Below are positions 9,005 through 17,075 of a DNA stretch of 36,437 nt, in pieces. Source of the DNA: a virus (taxonomy: Duplodnaviria > Caudoviricetes); IMG/VR virus record IMGVR_UViG_3300012952_000048, positions 1 to 36,437 of that record, one strand, 5' to 3'. The notes beneath the pieces were generated by a model. The model made no database searches and was not told the origin of the DNA. It saw nothing but the letters and a program-made list of their open reading frames with translations. The translations under genes were made by a program, and so were the position numbers. Numbering within the stretch: position 1 is the stretch's first letter; each line of letters opens with the position of its first letter.

Positions 9005-9573
9005 TAATCTCCTCCGTAAATATGAATTAAATTGGTGTCTATTGCTTTCCTGTAGGCTTTCCATACATCGACTTTCGTATATCTTAGACCAAGAGGGGAC
9101 CGTCTTAACTGCTGCCATGCAGCGCCCCAGTTCTCAAGAAAAAATGGATATCGAAGAACAGTAACAGGAATGTTTTCTCTCGCGACTACTGAAAAGAAGC
9201 TCGCATATCCCTGCTCGATAAAGCTTCTCATGCGCTCCGCATCATTTGAGCCTCTGCCCTTTATGTCGCCCCATTCGCTCCATATCAGAGCATCTTTTGA
9301 GAGCCTGCTCCCTATCACCTGATCCGTATCGCGAACGCATAGATAGACATGGGAAACATCGACCTTCTGGACGACCTTGTCCATCTCAAAAAAGAACCTC
9401 GGATTCTTTACGATAGGCGGAAGGTCTGAGCGACCCAGTTCTTCCGTCGTACATAGCTCAAATCCTGCGCTTACGCTCTCATTGAAGTAGCAAGGTGGAA
9501 CCTCACCCAGCTCGATCAAAAGACGCATCAGCGCCGACGTTCCGCTTCTTCCTGTCCCTGTAACTAATTCCAT
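9004..9573 (-). CDS. sulfotransferase-like protein
   Basis: N-terminal VTGTGRSGTS 5'-PSB-like loop; KNPR and CVRD...S motifs. Confidence 0.7.
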   Translation of the reverse strand: MELVTGTGRSGTSALMRLLIELGEVPPCYFNESVSAGFELCTTEELGRSDLPPIVKNPRFFFEMDKVVQKVDVSHVYLCVRDTDQVIGSRLSKDALIWSEWGDIKGRGSNDAERMRSFIEQGYASFFSVVARENIPVTVLRYPFFLENWGAAWQQLRRSPLGLRYTKVDVWKAYRKAIDTNLIHIYGGD

Positions 9574-9657
9574 ATATTTCTTACTCCGTCACCGACACCA
9601 TAACACAGAACCCGATAGCGGTCCACAAAGTTTTTTTCATTTATTTTCCCCATCCCC

Positions 9658-9686
9658 TTGACATAACTTATTATGTGTTATAGAAT
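9658..9686 (+). promoter_or_regulatory. sigma70-like promoter with operator-like palindrome
   Basis: TTGACA-17 bp-TAGAAT; spacer TAACTTATTATGTGTTA. Confidence 0.85.
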
Positions 9687-9715
9687 ATAAGTATAACCAC
9701 AACGGAGAAACCAAA

Positions 9716-9931
9716 ATGATTTTCAACCCAGCAAACACCGAAGACTTTAGCAAAGAAGAACTCCAGCACGTTGGAAAGAGAATCGCAGAGATCCGACGCA
9801 CAGACCTCCCTATGGTTTACGACATTCTCCTCGCAGCAGATGCCGAGTTCACTCACTGGAGCGACAAGAGCGAGCTTCCTTCTGTTCTTATCACTGGCGT
9901 AGAAGAAAAAGACTTTTCCCCCATGGCATAA
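9716..9931 (+). CDS. small acidic hypothetical protein
   Basis: CAACGGAGA RBS. Confidence 0.8.
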   Translation: MIFNPANTEDFSKEELQHVGKRIAEIRRTDLPMVYDILLAADAEFTHWSDKSELPSVLITGVEEKDFSPMA

Positions 9932-9939
9932 AATAACCA

Positions 9940-9968
9940 TTGACATAACATAGATTGCGATATACTAT
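9940..9968 (+). promoter_or_regulatory. sigma70-like promoter with operator-like palindrome
   Basis: TTGACA-17 bp-TACTAT; spacer TAACATAGATTGCGATA. Confidence 0.75.
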
Positions 9969-9987
9969 AACTCAACGGAGAAAACCA

Positions 9988-10476
9988 ATGACCACCAAGC
10001 TCGCAGAACAAAACATCCACCAAGCCCTCACAGCCCCTCTTTCCTACGCTATCGTAGCAGCAGCAGAAGGGAAGTCCGACAGGAACCGAGAGACCACCTT
10101 CACAATCTGGAACACCGCTCGCGGCTCACATATTACCTTTCGCGTCCGTCGCCCCAAGGGCTTCCGCACCATGCTCATCGACGCTATGGTCGGCACCTGC
10201 AACGAGACCGACTTTGAGTATGTCGGCTCCATGAATCGCGGACTCTGGATCAAGGCGAAAGAGGACATTAGCCCAGAAGCTGCCAAGGTTCTCAACGCTA
10301 TCCAGTGGACCATGCCTCGCATAAAGTCCGAGAGCCTTCCATCTATCGTCGAGATACACCATAGCGGCTCTTGCTGCTGCTGTGGTCGCAAGCTGACCAA
10401 CCCAGAGAGCCTCGACACAGGGATCGGACCTATCTGCGGAAAGCGACTTCTCAAGAACAAGAAAGGAGAAAAATAA
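9988..10476 (+). CDS. DUF6011-like zinc-binding protein
   Basis: C-terminal CCCCGRKLTNPESLDTGIGPIC motif; start at ATG after CAACGGAGA. Confidence 0.8.
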   Translation: MTTKLAEQNIHQALTAPLSYAIVAAAEGKSDRNRETTFTIWNTARGSHITFRVRRPKGFRTMLIDAMVGTCNETDFEYVGSMNRGLWIKAKEDISPEAAKVLNAIQWTMPRIKSESLPSIVEIHHSGSCCCCGRKLTNPESLDTGIGPICGKRLLKNKKGEK

Positions 10477-10520
10477 TTCGCACCACTGCGCTCTGTTTTT
10501 ATTTATCCTCATCTTTTTTC

Positions 10521-10549
10521 TTGACATAACCTATTATGCGTTATAAGAT
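10521..10549 (+). promoter_or_regulatory. sigma70-like promoter with operator-like palindrome
   Basis: TTGACA-17 bp-TAAGAT; spacer TAACCTATTATGCGTTA. Confidence 0.85.
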
Positions 10550-10578
10550 ATTAAGGTAAACCAAACAGGAGACACAAG

Positions 10579-10884
10579 ATGACCACAAGAACAGTAGAAA
10601 ACACAGTTGCAAACTTAAAAGAACGAGCCAACAAATTCGGCGCCAGAACTCTTGAATCCACCCGCGAAGACTTCGTCCTCATGGCTAACGGTGATCAGAT
10701 GACAGAAGGCTGGACCTCTTGGCTCGGCGGGGTGAGCGAGGATTCTACCCTCCATGGGCTCGGTGGATTTCGACAGGCGCACTTTGAAAATTGCGAAGAC
10801 AAATTTTTTCAAGATGTATGCGACGAGATGGGCTGGCGCGAATGGCGCGGAGCTTCATGCCCACTCGATCAAAAGGGAGCATAA
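10579..10884 (+). CDS. hypothetical protein
   Basis: CAGGAGA RBS. Confidence 0.75.
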   Translation: MTTRTVENTVANLKERANKFGARTLESTREDFVLMANGDQMTEGWTSWLGGVSEDSTLHGLGGFRQAHFENCEDKFFQDVCDEMGWREWRGASCPLDQKGA

Positions 10885-10885
10885 A

Positions 10886-11212
10886 ATGACTAACAATAAA
10901 ACTATTGACCTGATATCATGCAAGGAAGAAGACCTTCTCCCATTTGAGGCGAATGAGTTTCGAGAAGCCGCAAAGTTGTCCCATAATGTCCGCGAGTTCT
11001 TAATCGATTCACACGAAAAGACTCTTGAAGATATCAAGGCAGAAAGGGAACACCTTGCGCGGCTGTTGCCGATCTCAGCATCGGACTGGTTCTTCGACAA
11101 GAACCGCATTCGTCAAGAGCGCGCAGATCTTCTCCTTGAACGTGCCGATCTATGGTGCAGGCTTCAAGTCCTTAAAGCTGTGAGAGATCCAGAACACTGG
11201 GCGAGAGTGTGA
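10886..11212 (+). CDS. hypothetical protein
   Basis: GGGAG RBS; ATG one base after upstream stop. Confidence 0.7.
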   Translation: MTNNKTIDLISCKEEDLLPFEANEFREAAKLSHNVREFLIDSHEKTLEDIKAEREHLARLLPISASDWFFDKNRIRQERADLLLERADLWCRLQVLKAVRDPEHWARV

Positions 11213-11412
11213 TCCGCTATCTCAGGATCCGCGAGGATCGCCATGGGCGGACGATAGAGGCTATGGTCTGGGAAGATACTCCCCTCATAGAGGAAGCGCC
11301 CACAGAGACGGCTAAGAGGGACTTCTCGCCTTTTGTTATATTCCCGCTCCGCCTTGTCCTTTTCGGGTCTTTCGGCTATTTTGTTGGGACACAAATCGCG
11401 GGAGCAATATGA
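11209..11412 (+). CDS. small protein with C-terminal hydrophobic segment
   Basis: GTGA/ATGA overlaps on both sides. Confidence 0.6.
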   Translation: MIRYLRIREDRHGRTIEAMVWEDTPLIEEAPTETAKRDFSPFVIFPLRLVLFGSFGYFVGTQIAGAI

Positions 11413-12074
11413 ACATAATGGAGCAGCTAAAAGCGGCAGGGATAGAAGTCAAAAAAGCCGAGACTGTTTATCAGGGATGTTCTAAATTCCTGTCTTGGCG
11501 CGGCGTTATGGCTTGCCAATCGATCAGGGTGACCGAGGTATTCACCAAGGACTTTCTTGAGCAGTTCAGCAGGATCATAGAACTCGGAACGCACCGAGGA
11601 GGCTTCTCTCTCTTTCTGGCTGATCACTTCAGCGGGAACGTCTATTCTTTCGACCTCAAAAGACCAGATCACTACATGAAAGGAGTAGGAAGGAACCTAA
11701 TGGGAGAAGTCCCCGAAAACCTCAAGCTATCCATTCTTGATATCTTATCAAGCGAAGGACAGAAGCAGATATCCGACCTTATAAAGGAAGAAGGGAGATC
11801 TCTCGTCCTGTGCGACGGGGGGAATAAAATGAAAGAGCTTGACCTCTTTTCCCCTCACCTCAAAGATCAAGATGTGATTATGCTCCACGATTACGAGCAT
11901 TCAAAGGAAAGCCTGTCCGAGATCCGACAGCGCTCAGAATGGTTTTTCGATAGTGAGTCCTACAGAGTCAAGGCAGATCCGATCCTCCAGCGGGAAGGAC
12001 TGGAAGAACATGAAAAATATGCTGACTTCTGCGAGGCTATCTGGGGATCGTTCATAAAAAAACCGAACGCATGA
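11409..12074 (+). CDS. class I SAM-dependent methyltransferase (CmcI/Methyltransf_24-like)
   Basis: IIELGTHRGG, YSFD, LVLCDGG and VIMLHDY motifs. Confidence 0.8.
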   Translation: MNIMEQLKAAGIEVKKAETVYQGCSKFLSWRGVMACQSIRVTEVFTKDFLEQFSRIIELGTHRGGFSLFLADHFSGNVYSFDLKRPDHYMKGVGRNLMGEVPENLKLSILDILSSEGQKQISDLIKEEGRSLVLCDGGNKMKELDLFSPHLKDQDVIMLHDYEHSKESLSEIRQRSEWFFDSESYRVKADPILQREGLEEHEKYADFCEAIWGSFIKKPNA

Positions 12075-12106
12075 GGGGCAATTTGAAAATAGTTTAAAAC
12101 TACCCC

Positions 12107-12134
12107 TTGACGCTAACGCAGAATGTGCTATCTT
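12107..12134 (+). promoter_or_regulatory. sigma70-like promoter with operator-like palindrome
   Basis: TTGACG-16 bp-TATCTT; TAACGCAGAATGTGCTA. Confidence 0.8.
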
Positions 12135-12168
12135 ATGAATGTAACCACAACCGAAAACGGAGATCACA

Positions 12169-12477
12169 ATGTTAGAACTTACCGCAAATCAGACAAAAGT
12201 GTTGGAGCACATCTACCGCACAGTCCAGAACAACGGGCGCCGAGTGCGAACCCGCAAGCAAGGCGAAGTAACCCGAACATTGAGGGATCTTGTCATTTTT
12301 GCGAGTAACCCGAAAAACTCTCGATACGTTCCACAGAATGTTTCAGACGAAGTCTGCATGAGTGCCGCCTCCAGCGTTGCTAACCATAAAGGACCATGGG
12401 AAGACAGCCTTCGCCGACCCCTTCAGTTAATCGCAAGCTGGAAGGCAGAAACCAATCGGATTCGCCGAGGAGAATAA
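12169..12477 (+). CDS. basic hypothetical protein
   Basis: AACGGAGA RBS. Confidence 0.75.
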   Translation: MLELTANQTKVLEHIYRTVQNNGRRVRTRKQGEVTRTLRDLVIFASNPKNSRYVPQNVSDEVCMSAASSVANHKGPWEDSLRRPLQLIASWKAETNRIRRGE

Positions 12478-12510
12478 AAAAAGAAAACTCCCCCGAATTT
12501 GTCGGGGGTT
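12476..12510 (-). terminator. probable minus-strand intrinsic terminator inside a plus-strand cassette
   Basis: CCCCCGA-N5-TCGGGGG stem with A-rich tract on its left (U-rich tract on minus transcript). Confidence 0.5.
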
Positions 12511-12545
12511 CGCATTGTCTAAGTGAGACACAAAAAGGAGAAAAT

Positions 12546-13013
12546 ATGAAACTGATTTTTATCAACGAACAAGGCATCGGGATCAAGGACTTCCAGACCT
12601 TCTGTGACATCCGCCGAAACTTGGCGCCTGAGAGCAGAAGCGAGAACGGGAGGATTCCCCTCGCTGAGGTTTACAGAGTCCCCTATAACGGGATGAAAGG
12701 GCGCCTCTCTGGAGGGACGGCTCAGGACTGGGAGGACAGATTCGGGAAGCATGTCTTCCAAGGGATCAAGCTGCTCCGAAACATTGCAGCGAACACCGAG
12801 ATCAACCTCAAGAACCCGATCCTCTTGATCGATGAGGAAGCTCGCCTCTTCTTGGATAACGATGGCGCGACATACGTTAACGAATGGGCGACCCGCCTCT
12901 TCGGTTTCGGTCGAACGATCTACGGTGGAGTCGTCGTCATCGACGAGGACGACTTCGATAACAAACTTCCCTATGGGTCCGAGTACATCGGACAAGAGGG
13001 AGCGGAAGCGTGA
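12546..13013 (+). CDS. DUF3846-like protein
   Basis: LLIDEEARL...NEWATRL...IYGGVVV pattern; AAGGAG RBS. Confidence 0.65.
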   Translation: MKLIFINEQGIGIKDFQTFCDIRRNLAPESRSENGRIPLAEVYRVPYNGMKGRLSGGTAQDWEDRFGKHVFQGIKLLRNIAANTEINLKNPILLIDEEARLFLDNDGATYVNEWATRLFGFGRTIYGGVVVIDEDDFDNKLPYGSEYIGQEGAEA

Positions 13014-13318
13014 GCGACTATCTCTCGCGAAAATACGAGATCTGGTGAGCGGTCGTCGTTGGTCATGGTCCGAAAGGATCCCGACCCGCTGGGAGTCTCC
13101 CAGTGTTCACCACCGACACCAAGGAAGAAGCGGAAGCCCTCATCGCTCTCGCCTGCCCTACGAATACAGCAGGACAGCACATAGCTCCAGAGCTTGCAGA
13201 CGAGCAGAACATGGAGAACCTCCAAGCCTTCAGCGCTCGCCTTGAGAGGCTTTATAAAAAAATAAAATGGAGACCTATGCCCCGTTTAGGATGTTTCCCG
13301 AAAAATAGTTTAAAATAA
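13010..13318 (+). pseudogene. gene with in-frame TGA at 13046-13048 (nonsense mutation or readthrough)
   Basis: Coupled GTG start at 13010 is in frame with the 13103-13318 ORF, with a single TGA between them. Confidence 0.5.
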
Positions 13319-13321
13319 TCC

Positions 13322-13350
13322 TTGACGTATCATAAAATGCGTTATAGAAT
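13322..13350 (+). promoter_or_regulatory. sigma70-like promoter with operator-like palindrome
   Basis: TTGACG-17 bp-TAGAAT; spacer TATCATAAAATGCGTTA. Confidence 0.85.
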
Positions 13351-13383
13351 ATAAGAGTAAGAAACAACCAACGGAGAAAAGAC

Positions 13384-13617
13384 ATGACCTCAACAACCGA
13401 ATTCATCCTTAACGCCCTCGTCGAAACCGCTTTTGATGGCGTACCTACTTGGGAAGTCTGCATCTCAAAGCAAGAACTTGATCTCGTAAAGGCTCACAGC
13501 CAGATCGGCGCTCTTGAGCGAATGGGAGCCGTCATCGAAGATATCACAGTCGTCCCGACCCATATCGAAGATGTCTTGATGGTGACCTTTTCCGTCGACC
13601 TCTGCTCTCCATTCTAA
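13384..13617 (+). CDS. small acidic hypothetical protein
   Basis: CAACGGAGA RBS; stop overlaps stop of convergent methyltransferase gene. Confidence 0.75.
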   Translation: MTSTTEFILNALVETAFDGVPTWEVCISKQELDLVKAHSQIGALERMGAVIEDITVVPTHIEDVLMVTFSVDLCSPF

Positions 13618-14225
13618 GGAGATATAGAGAGAACTCTCCTCATCTCTTCCAAGGGGGTGAGGAGGCTCTCTCGCTCACTTTCCCACCATTCCCAAGACAG
13701 GGAGGGGGGAAGAGCCTTGAGATTGCTTCCTGCGCGGTTTTGAGCCATCTCCTTCGGGACGATGACACCAAGACCGAACTCTTCATCCAAGAGAAAAAGC
13801 CTGTGTGTCCCGTTGTACTCTCCAAGCTCGGCGCATAGCCTGATCCAAGCCTTCCAGACATCTCCTGTCCAGTGATAGTCGGTTGGCTCCTTGGTGGTCC
13901 AAGATTCTTGTGTCGGGAAGCAGTCATCCAGAACGATGATCCCTCCCTCGTTGAGGCAGTTGAGAGAGTTGATCGTATCAAGATAAGCAGCATCAGCCTG
14001 ATGGAGACCGTCTACGAATACGAGATCAAAAGTCTTCTTGTTTCGCTTGAAGAACTGGTCGCTCTTGAGGAGAACCGTCGCCTCAGACATCGGATCGGGA
14101 TCGACTCCGACCTTGTCGTCGACCTCGACCCTGTTAAATGTCTTCCCCGTCTGAACTCCGATCTCAAGGTAGCTCTTCGCTTCAAACCTTCTCGCGAGTA
14201 GATTAAGCAATTCGTGACGGGTCAT
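13614..14225 (-). CDS. class I SAM-dependent methyltransferase (Methyltransf_24-like)
   Basis: SYLEIGVQTG, GVDP, FDLVFVDGLH, GGIIVLDD and WTGDVWK motifs. Confidence 0.88.
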   Translation of the reverse strand: MTRHELLNLLARRFEAKSYLEIGVQTGKTFNRVEVDDKVGVDPDPMSEATVLLKSDQFFKRNKKTFDLVFVDGLHQADAAYLDTINSLNCLNEGGIIVLDDCFPTQESWTTKEPTDYHWTGDVWKAWIRLCAELGEYNGTHRLFLLDEEFGLGVIVPKEMAQNRAGSNLKALPPSLSWEWWESERESLLTPLEEMRRVLSISP

Positions 14226-14512
14226 TTCTTGGATGCTGCCTTCTTCGCTGGAGCTTTCTTCGCTGGAGCTTTTGCCTTCGGCGCCGCTTTCTTCGCTGGA
14301 GCCTTCTTCTTCGGCGGGTTTAAGAGCTTTTCAGCCCATTCCCTGTCTGCGCCCCTTGCATACTTGAAACCATGCCTAACGACCAATTCTCGGGTAATTC
14401 CGTCCGCGCCTTGATAGACATAGCTCTCGCCTGCGTCGACGACTTCGACTTCCCCGCTGTGTAGCTGGAAGAGAGATCCTTTTGCTCCCTTGCGTCTGTA
14501 TACGATTTCCAT
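14222..14512 (-). CDS. small protein with histone H1-like PAKKA-repeat tail
   Basis: AGGAGG RBS before MEIVYRRKG; C-terminal KKAPAKKAAPKAKAPAKKAPAKKAASKK. Confidence 0.8.
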   Translation of the reverse strand: MEIVYRRKGAKGSLFQLHSGEVEVVDAGESYVYQGADGITRELVVRHGFKYARGADREWAEKLLNPPKKKAPAKKAAPKAKAPAKKAPAKKAASKK

Positions 14513-14522
14513 TTTCTGCCTC

Positions 14523-15148
14523 CTATGCTTTCTTGTTTTCAAGACCAAGAGCGAAAACCCTTCGGTGCTTGCTGAGTATGCGAGAAGCCATAAGCGGAAT
14601 GAATGTCCCGCTCGCACTGTCCACAGAATAGCTATACCCTGCGGTCCTCTCGCTTCTGAATCCCAAATGAGATTGTTGATTGAACAGGGAGACAGCTATC
14701 ATGTTCCCCGCATACTTCAGATCGCTCGGAATGTCGGCTACTGCCCATCCAGCTTTATAGGTGATCTCGACGATGCCTCTCCCGTCTGGAAAAGTGACAT
14801 ACATCGGATCCAGCTTAATGATTCCGATATCCTTGTTAACCATGTAATCGCTTTCCCCTGTAGCGCCGATCCCTCCGTTCTCATACTGTAGCGCTCCGCC
14901 TATCGTCAAAGCGACGACACTGGTGACAGGAGTGTATTTAAGCGCCACTTCTGTCACAGGGAAGTTAACATCTATCTGCTCCGAATAGACCGTCTCGACA
15001 GCAGATTCCAGACCAAGCTCGTCCAGAACGATCTGTTCGACTACAGGCTGGAGATCCTCGATAGCTGAGTCGTATCGAGTAGACCCACAGGAGCCATCGC
15101 TCAGATTGAGCATTCTTCGGATCTGCTGCAAGTCGGAAAAATAGGGCA

Positions 15149-15149
<1 letters not shown>
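14523..15149 (-). CDS. head-tail connector/adaptor protein
   Basis: PVTSV...VEITYKAGW...IPSDLKYA...GYSYS pattern; downstream of capsid gene. Confidence 0.75.
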
Positions 15150-15457
<308 letters not shown>

Positions 15458-15510
15458 TCACGTTCTCCATTCTATCATAAAATACCATATCATGATATCA
15501 GCGCATAAGC

Positions 15511-15538
15511 AAAAAAAACCCCCTCACAGGGAGGGGGC
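15511..15538 (-). terminator. intrinsic terminator after major capsid gene
   Basis: Minus strand CCCCCTC-N5-GAGGGGG followed by T8. Confidence 0.85.
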
Positions 15539-15560
15539 TGATTGACTGCGCGGAAAGCTA

Positions 15561-16568
15561 TCAGCCTGAGATGTTCAGAAGCAGAGAGCCGCCGAGAGTA
15601 TTGGAAAGGACGTTCGTCATATCCGTATACATGTCGAACTGGTCGAACTGGGAGTCGGTCTTTGCCAGAGGCATGACAGTCGTCGGAGTCAGTTCGCTCA
15701 GGTATCCGTAGCGAGTATTAAGAACCATCAGACCAGTAGACGTTCCAGAGTTGTCCTTGATCATTCCGCTCGCTTCGACTGTCATGGTGTTGGGCATGGC
15801 AGTAGAGACGATGAGAGGAATTCCATCGTAGGTTCTGACGCGGAAGCCACCAGCAACCTCAGTCACGTCGTTAAAACGCTGCTGAGCTTGAAGCTGAGAG
15901 TTGATCTGTCGGATACCAGCAAAAGAGCCGAGAATGACGAGATCGCCTCGCTGAGATGAGCCCTTGACGAGATCGATAGCTTGATCGAGCTTAGCAAGAG
16001 ACAGAGCAGCAGCGGAACCCGTTCCAGAGTTATTGACGACCTGAGCCAGAGATCCACCGTTATAGTTGATCAGAGTCAAGTAGCCGCTCGGAGCGTTTGC
16101 CATTGCACCACCGAAACCAGTTCCGAGGTTGGCATACATGATTCCTTGCTCAAGGACATTCGCGAAGTCTTCGGCTTTTGCAGCCATTTCCAGAGCGAGG
16201 ATGTCAGCATAGGAACGACCTGTCGCCATCAGCTTTCTGGTGATCTTTCCGCGAGTCACAAGGGACTTATAGGGAAAGGTCGCCTGAGCGTAGGTTCCAG
16301 TGCCTTCGGTCACAGCGTCGGTATCAGCGAGCCATGATCCAGCGTTTGTCGCTGCGGTCCTGCGGTTGATATATTCAGCGTTACCAGTTCCAGCACGACG
16401 CGGGAGGACGGCTTGAAGACCGAACTCTCGGAGAGTCAGCATCTGAACGGTGCGGTTGATGAAGGTTTGCAAAAGCTCGGATCCAGCACCCGACACGTTC
16501 ATGGCGCGCTCAAAACGCTCCTTGGTGCCTTGATCAGATCCGATCCAGTTTGATTGAGATGGGTACAT
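15561..16568 (-). CDS. major capsid protein (HK97 fold)
   Basis: 335 aa after protease/scaffold; LSLAKLDQAID and RTYDGIPLI patterns; biased codons; strong downstream terminator; start at ATG after GGAG. Confidence 0.88.
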   Translation of the reverse strand: MYPSQSNWIGSDQGTKERFERAMNVSGAGSELLQTFINRTVQMLTLREFGLQAVLPRRAGTGNAEYINRRTAATNAGSWLADTDAVTEGTGTYAQATFPYKSLVTRGKITRKLMATGRSYADILALEMAAKAEDFANVLEQGIMYANLGTGFGGAMANAPSGYLTLINYNGGSLAQVVNNSGTGSAAALSLAKLDQAIDLVKGSSQRGDLVILGSFAGIRQINSQLQAQQRFNDVTEVAGGFRVRTYDGIPLIVSTAMPNTMTVEASGMIKDNSGTSTGLMVLNTRYGYLSELTPTTVMPLAKTDSQFDQFDMYTDMTNVLSNTLGGSLLLNISG

Positions 16569-16580
16569 ATTGGTCTCCAA

Positions 16581-17075
16581 TTATTGCCAGTTGTTTTCGT
16601 GGGGCTGGGAAAGAAGACCGTCCACCTCTGCGGCGCGGAGTCCAGCAGCGAGAAGATCTTTTAAAGCGTTGATTTGCATCTTGGAAACTTCAGTCTCTTC
16701 CGCGAGAGTCTCCTTGTGTCGTGCGACCAGAGCAGGAAGAGCAGCAGCACCGACTTCCTTAGCTCGGTTAACAAGACCGTCCAGAGCGCTTTCGGCGCCG
16801 ACTGAGCCTCCTCGGACTTGGATGGTGGTGTGCCGACCTTGTCTGATGGGGGTCTCCATGACGCGGAGAAGCATGTCTTCGGTCTTCTGGAGTCGCTCTT
16901 GAAGCTTTACAACGTCAGCAGGGAGAGTCTTAGCTTCTTCCTTGTTAGCTGGACGGGTAGGCTCTGCGGAGCGCGTCTCTTGTTGGGTGTTTTCCAGCGC
17001 ATCGAGCCGAGCCGTTATGGGGTCCAAGCCTGAGCGGAGGAGATCTGCGATCTTCTTGATGTCGTTCTCTGTCAT
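16581..17075 (-). CDS. putative nested in-frame scaffolding protein (164 aa)
   Basis: Internal GGAG-AAGAC-ATG (MTENDIKK); TTGACA-17 bp-CATAGT about 90 nt upstream. Confidence 0.55.
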   Translation of the reverse strand: MTENDIKKIADLLRSGLDPITARLDALENTQQETRSAEPTRPANKEEAKTLPADVVKLQERLQKTEDMLLRVMETPIRQGRHTTIQVRGGSVGAESALDGLVNRAKEVGAAALPALVARHKETLAEETEVSKMQINALKDLLAAGLRAAEVDGLLSQPHENNWQ

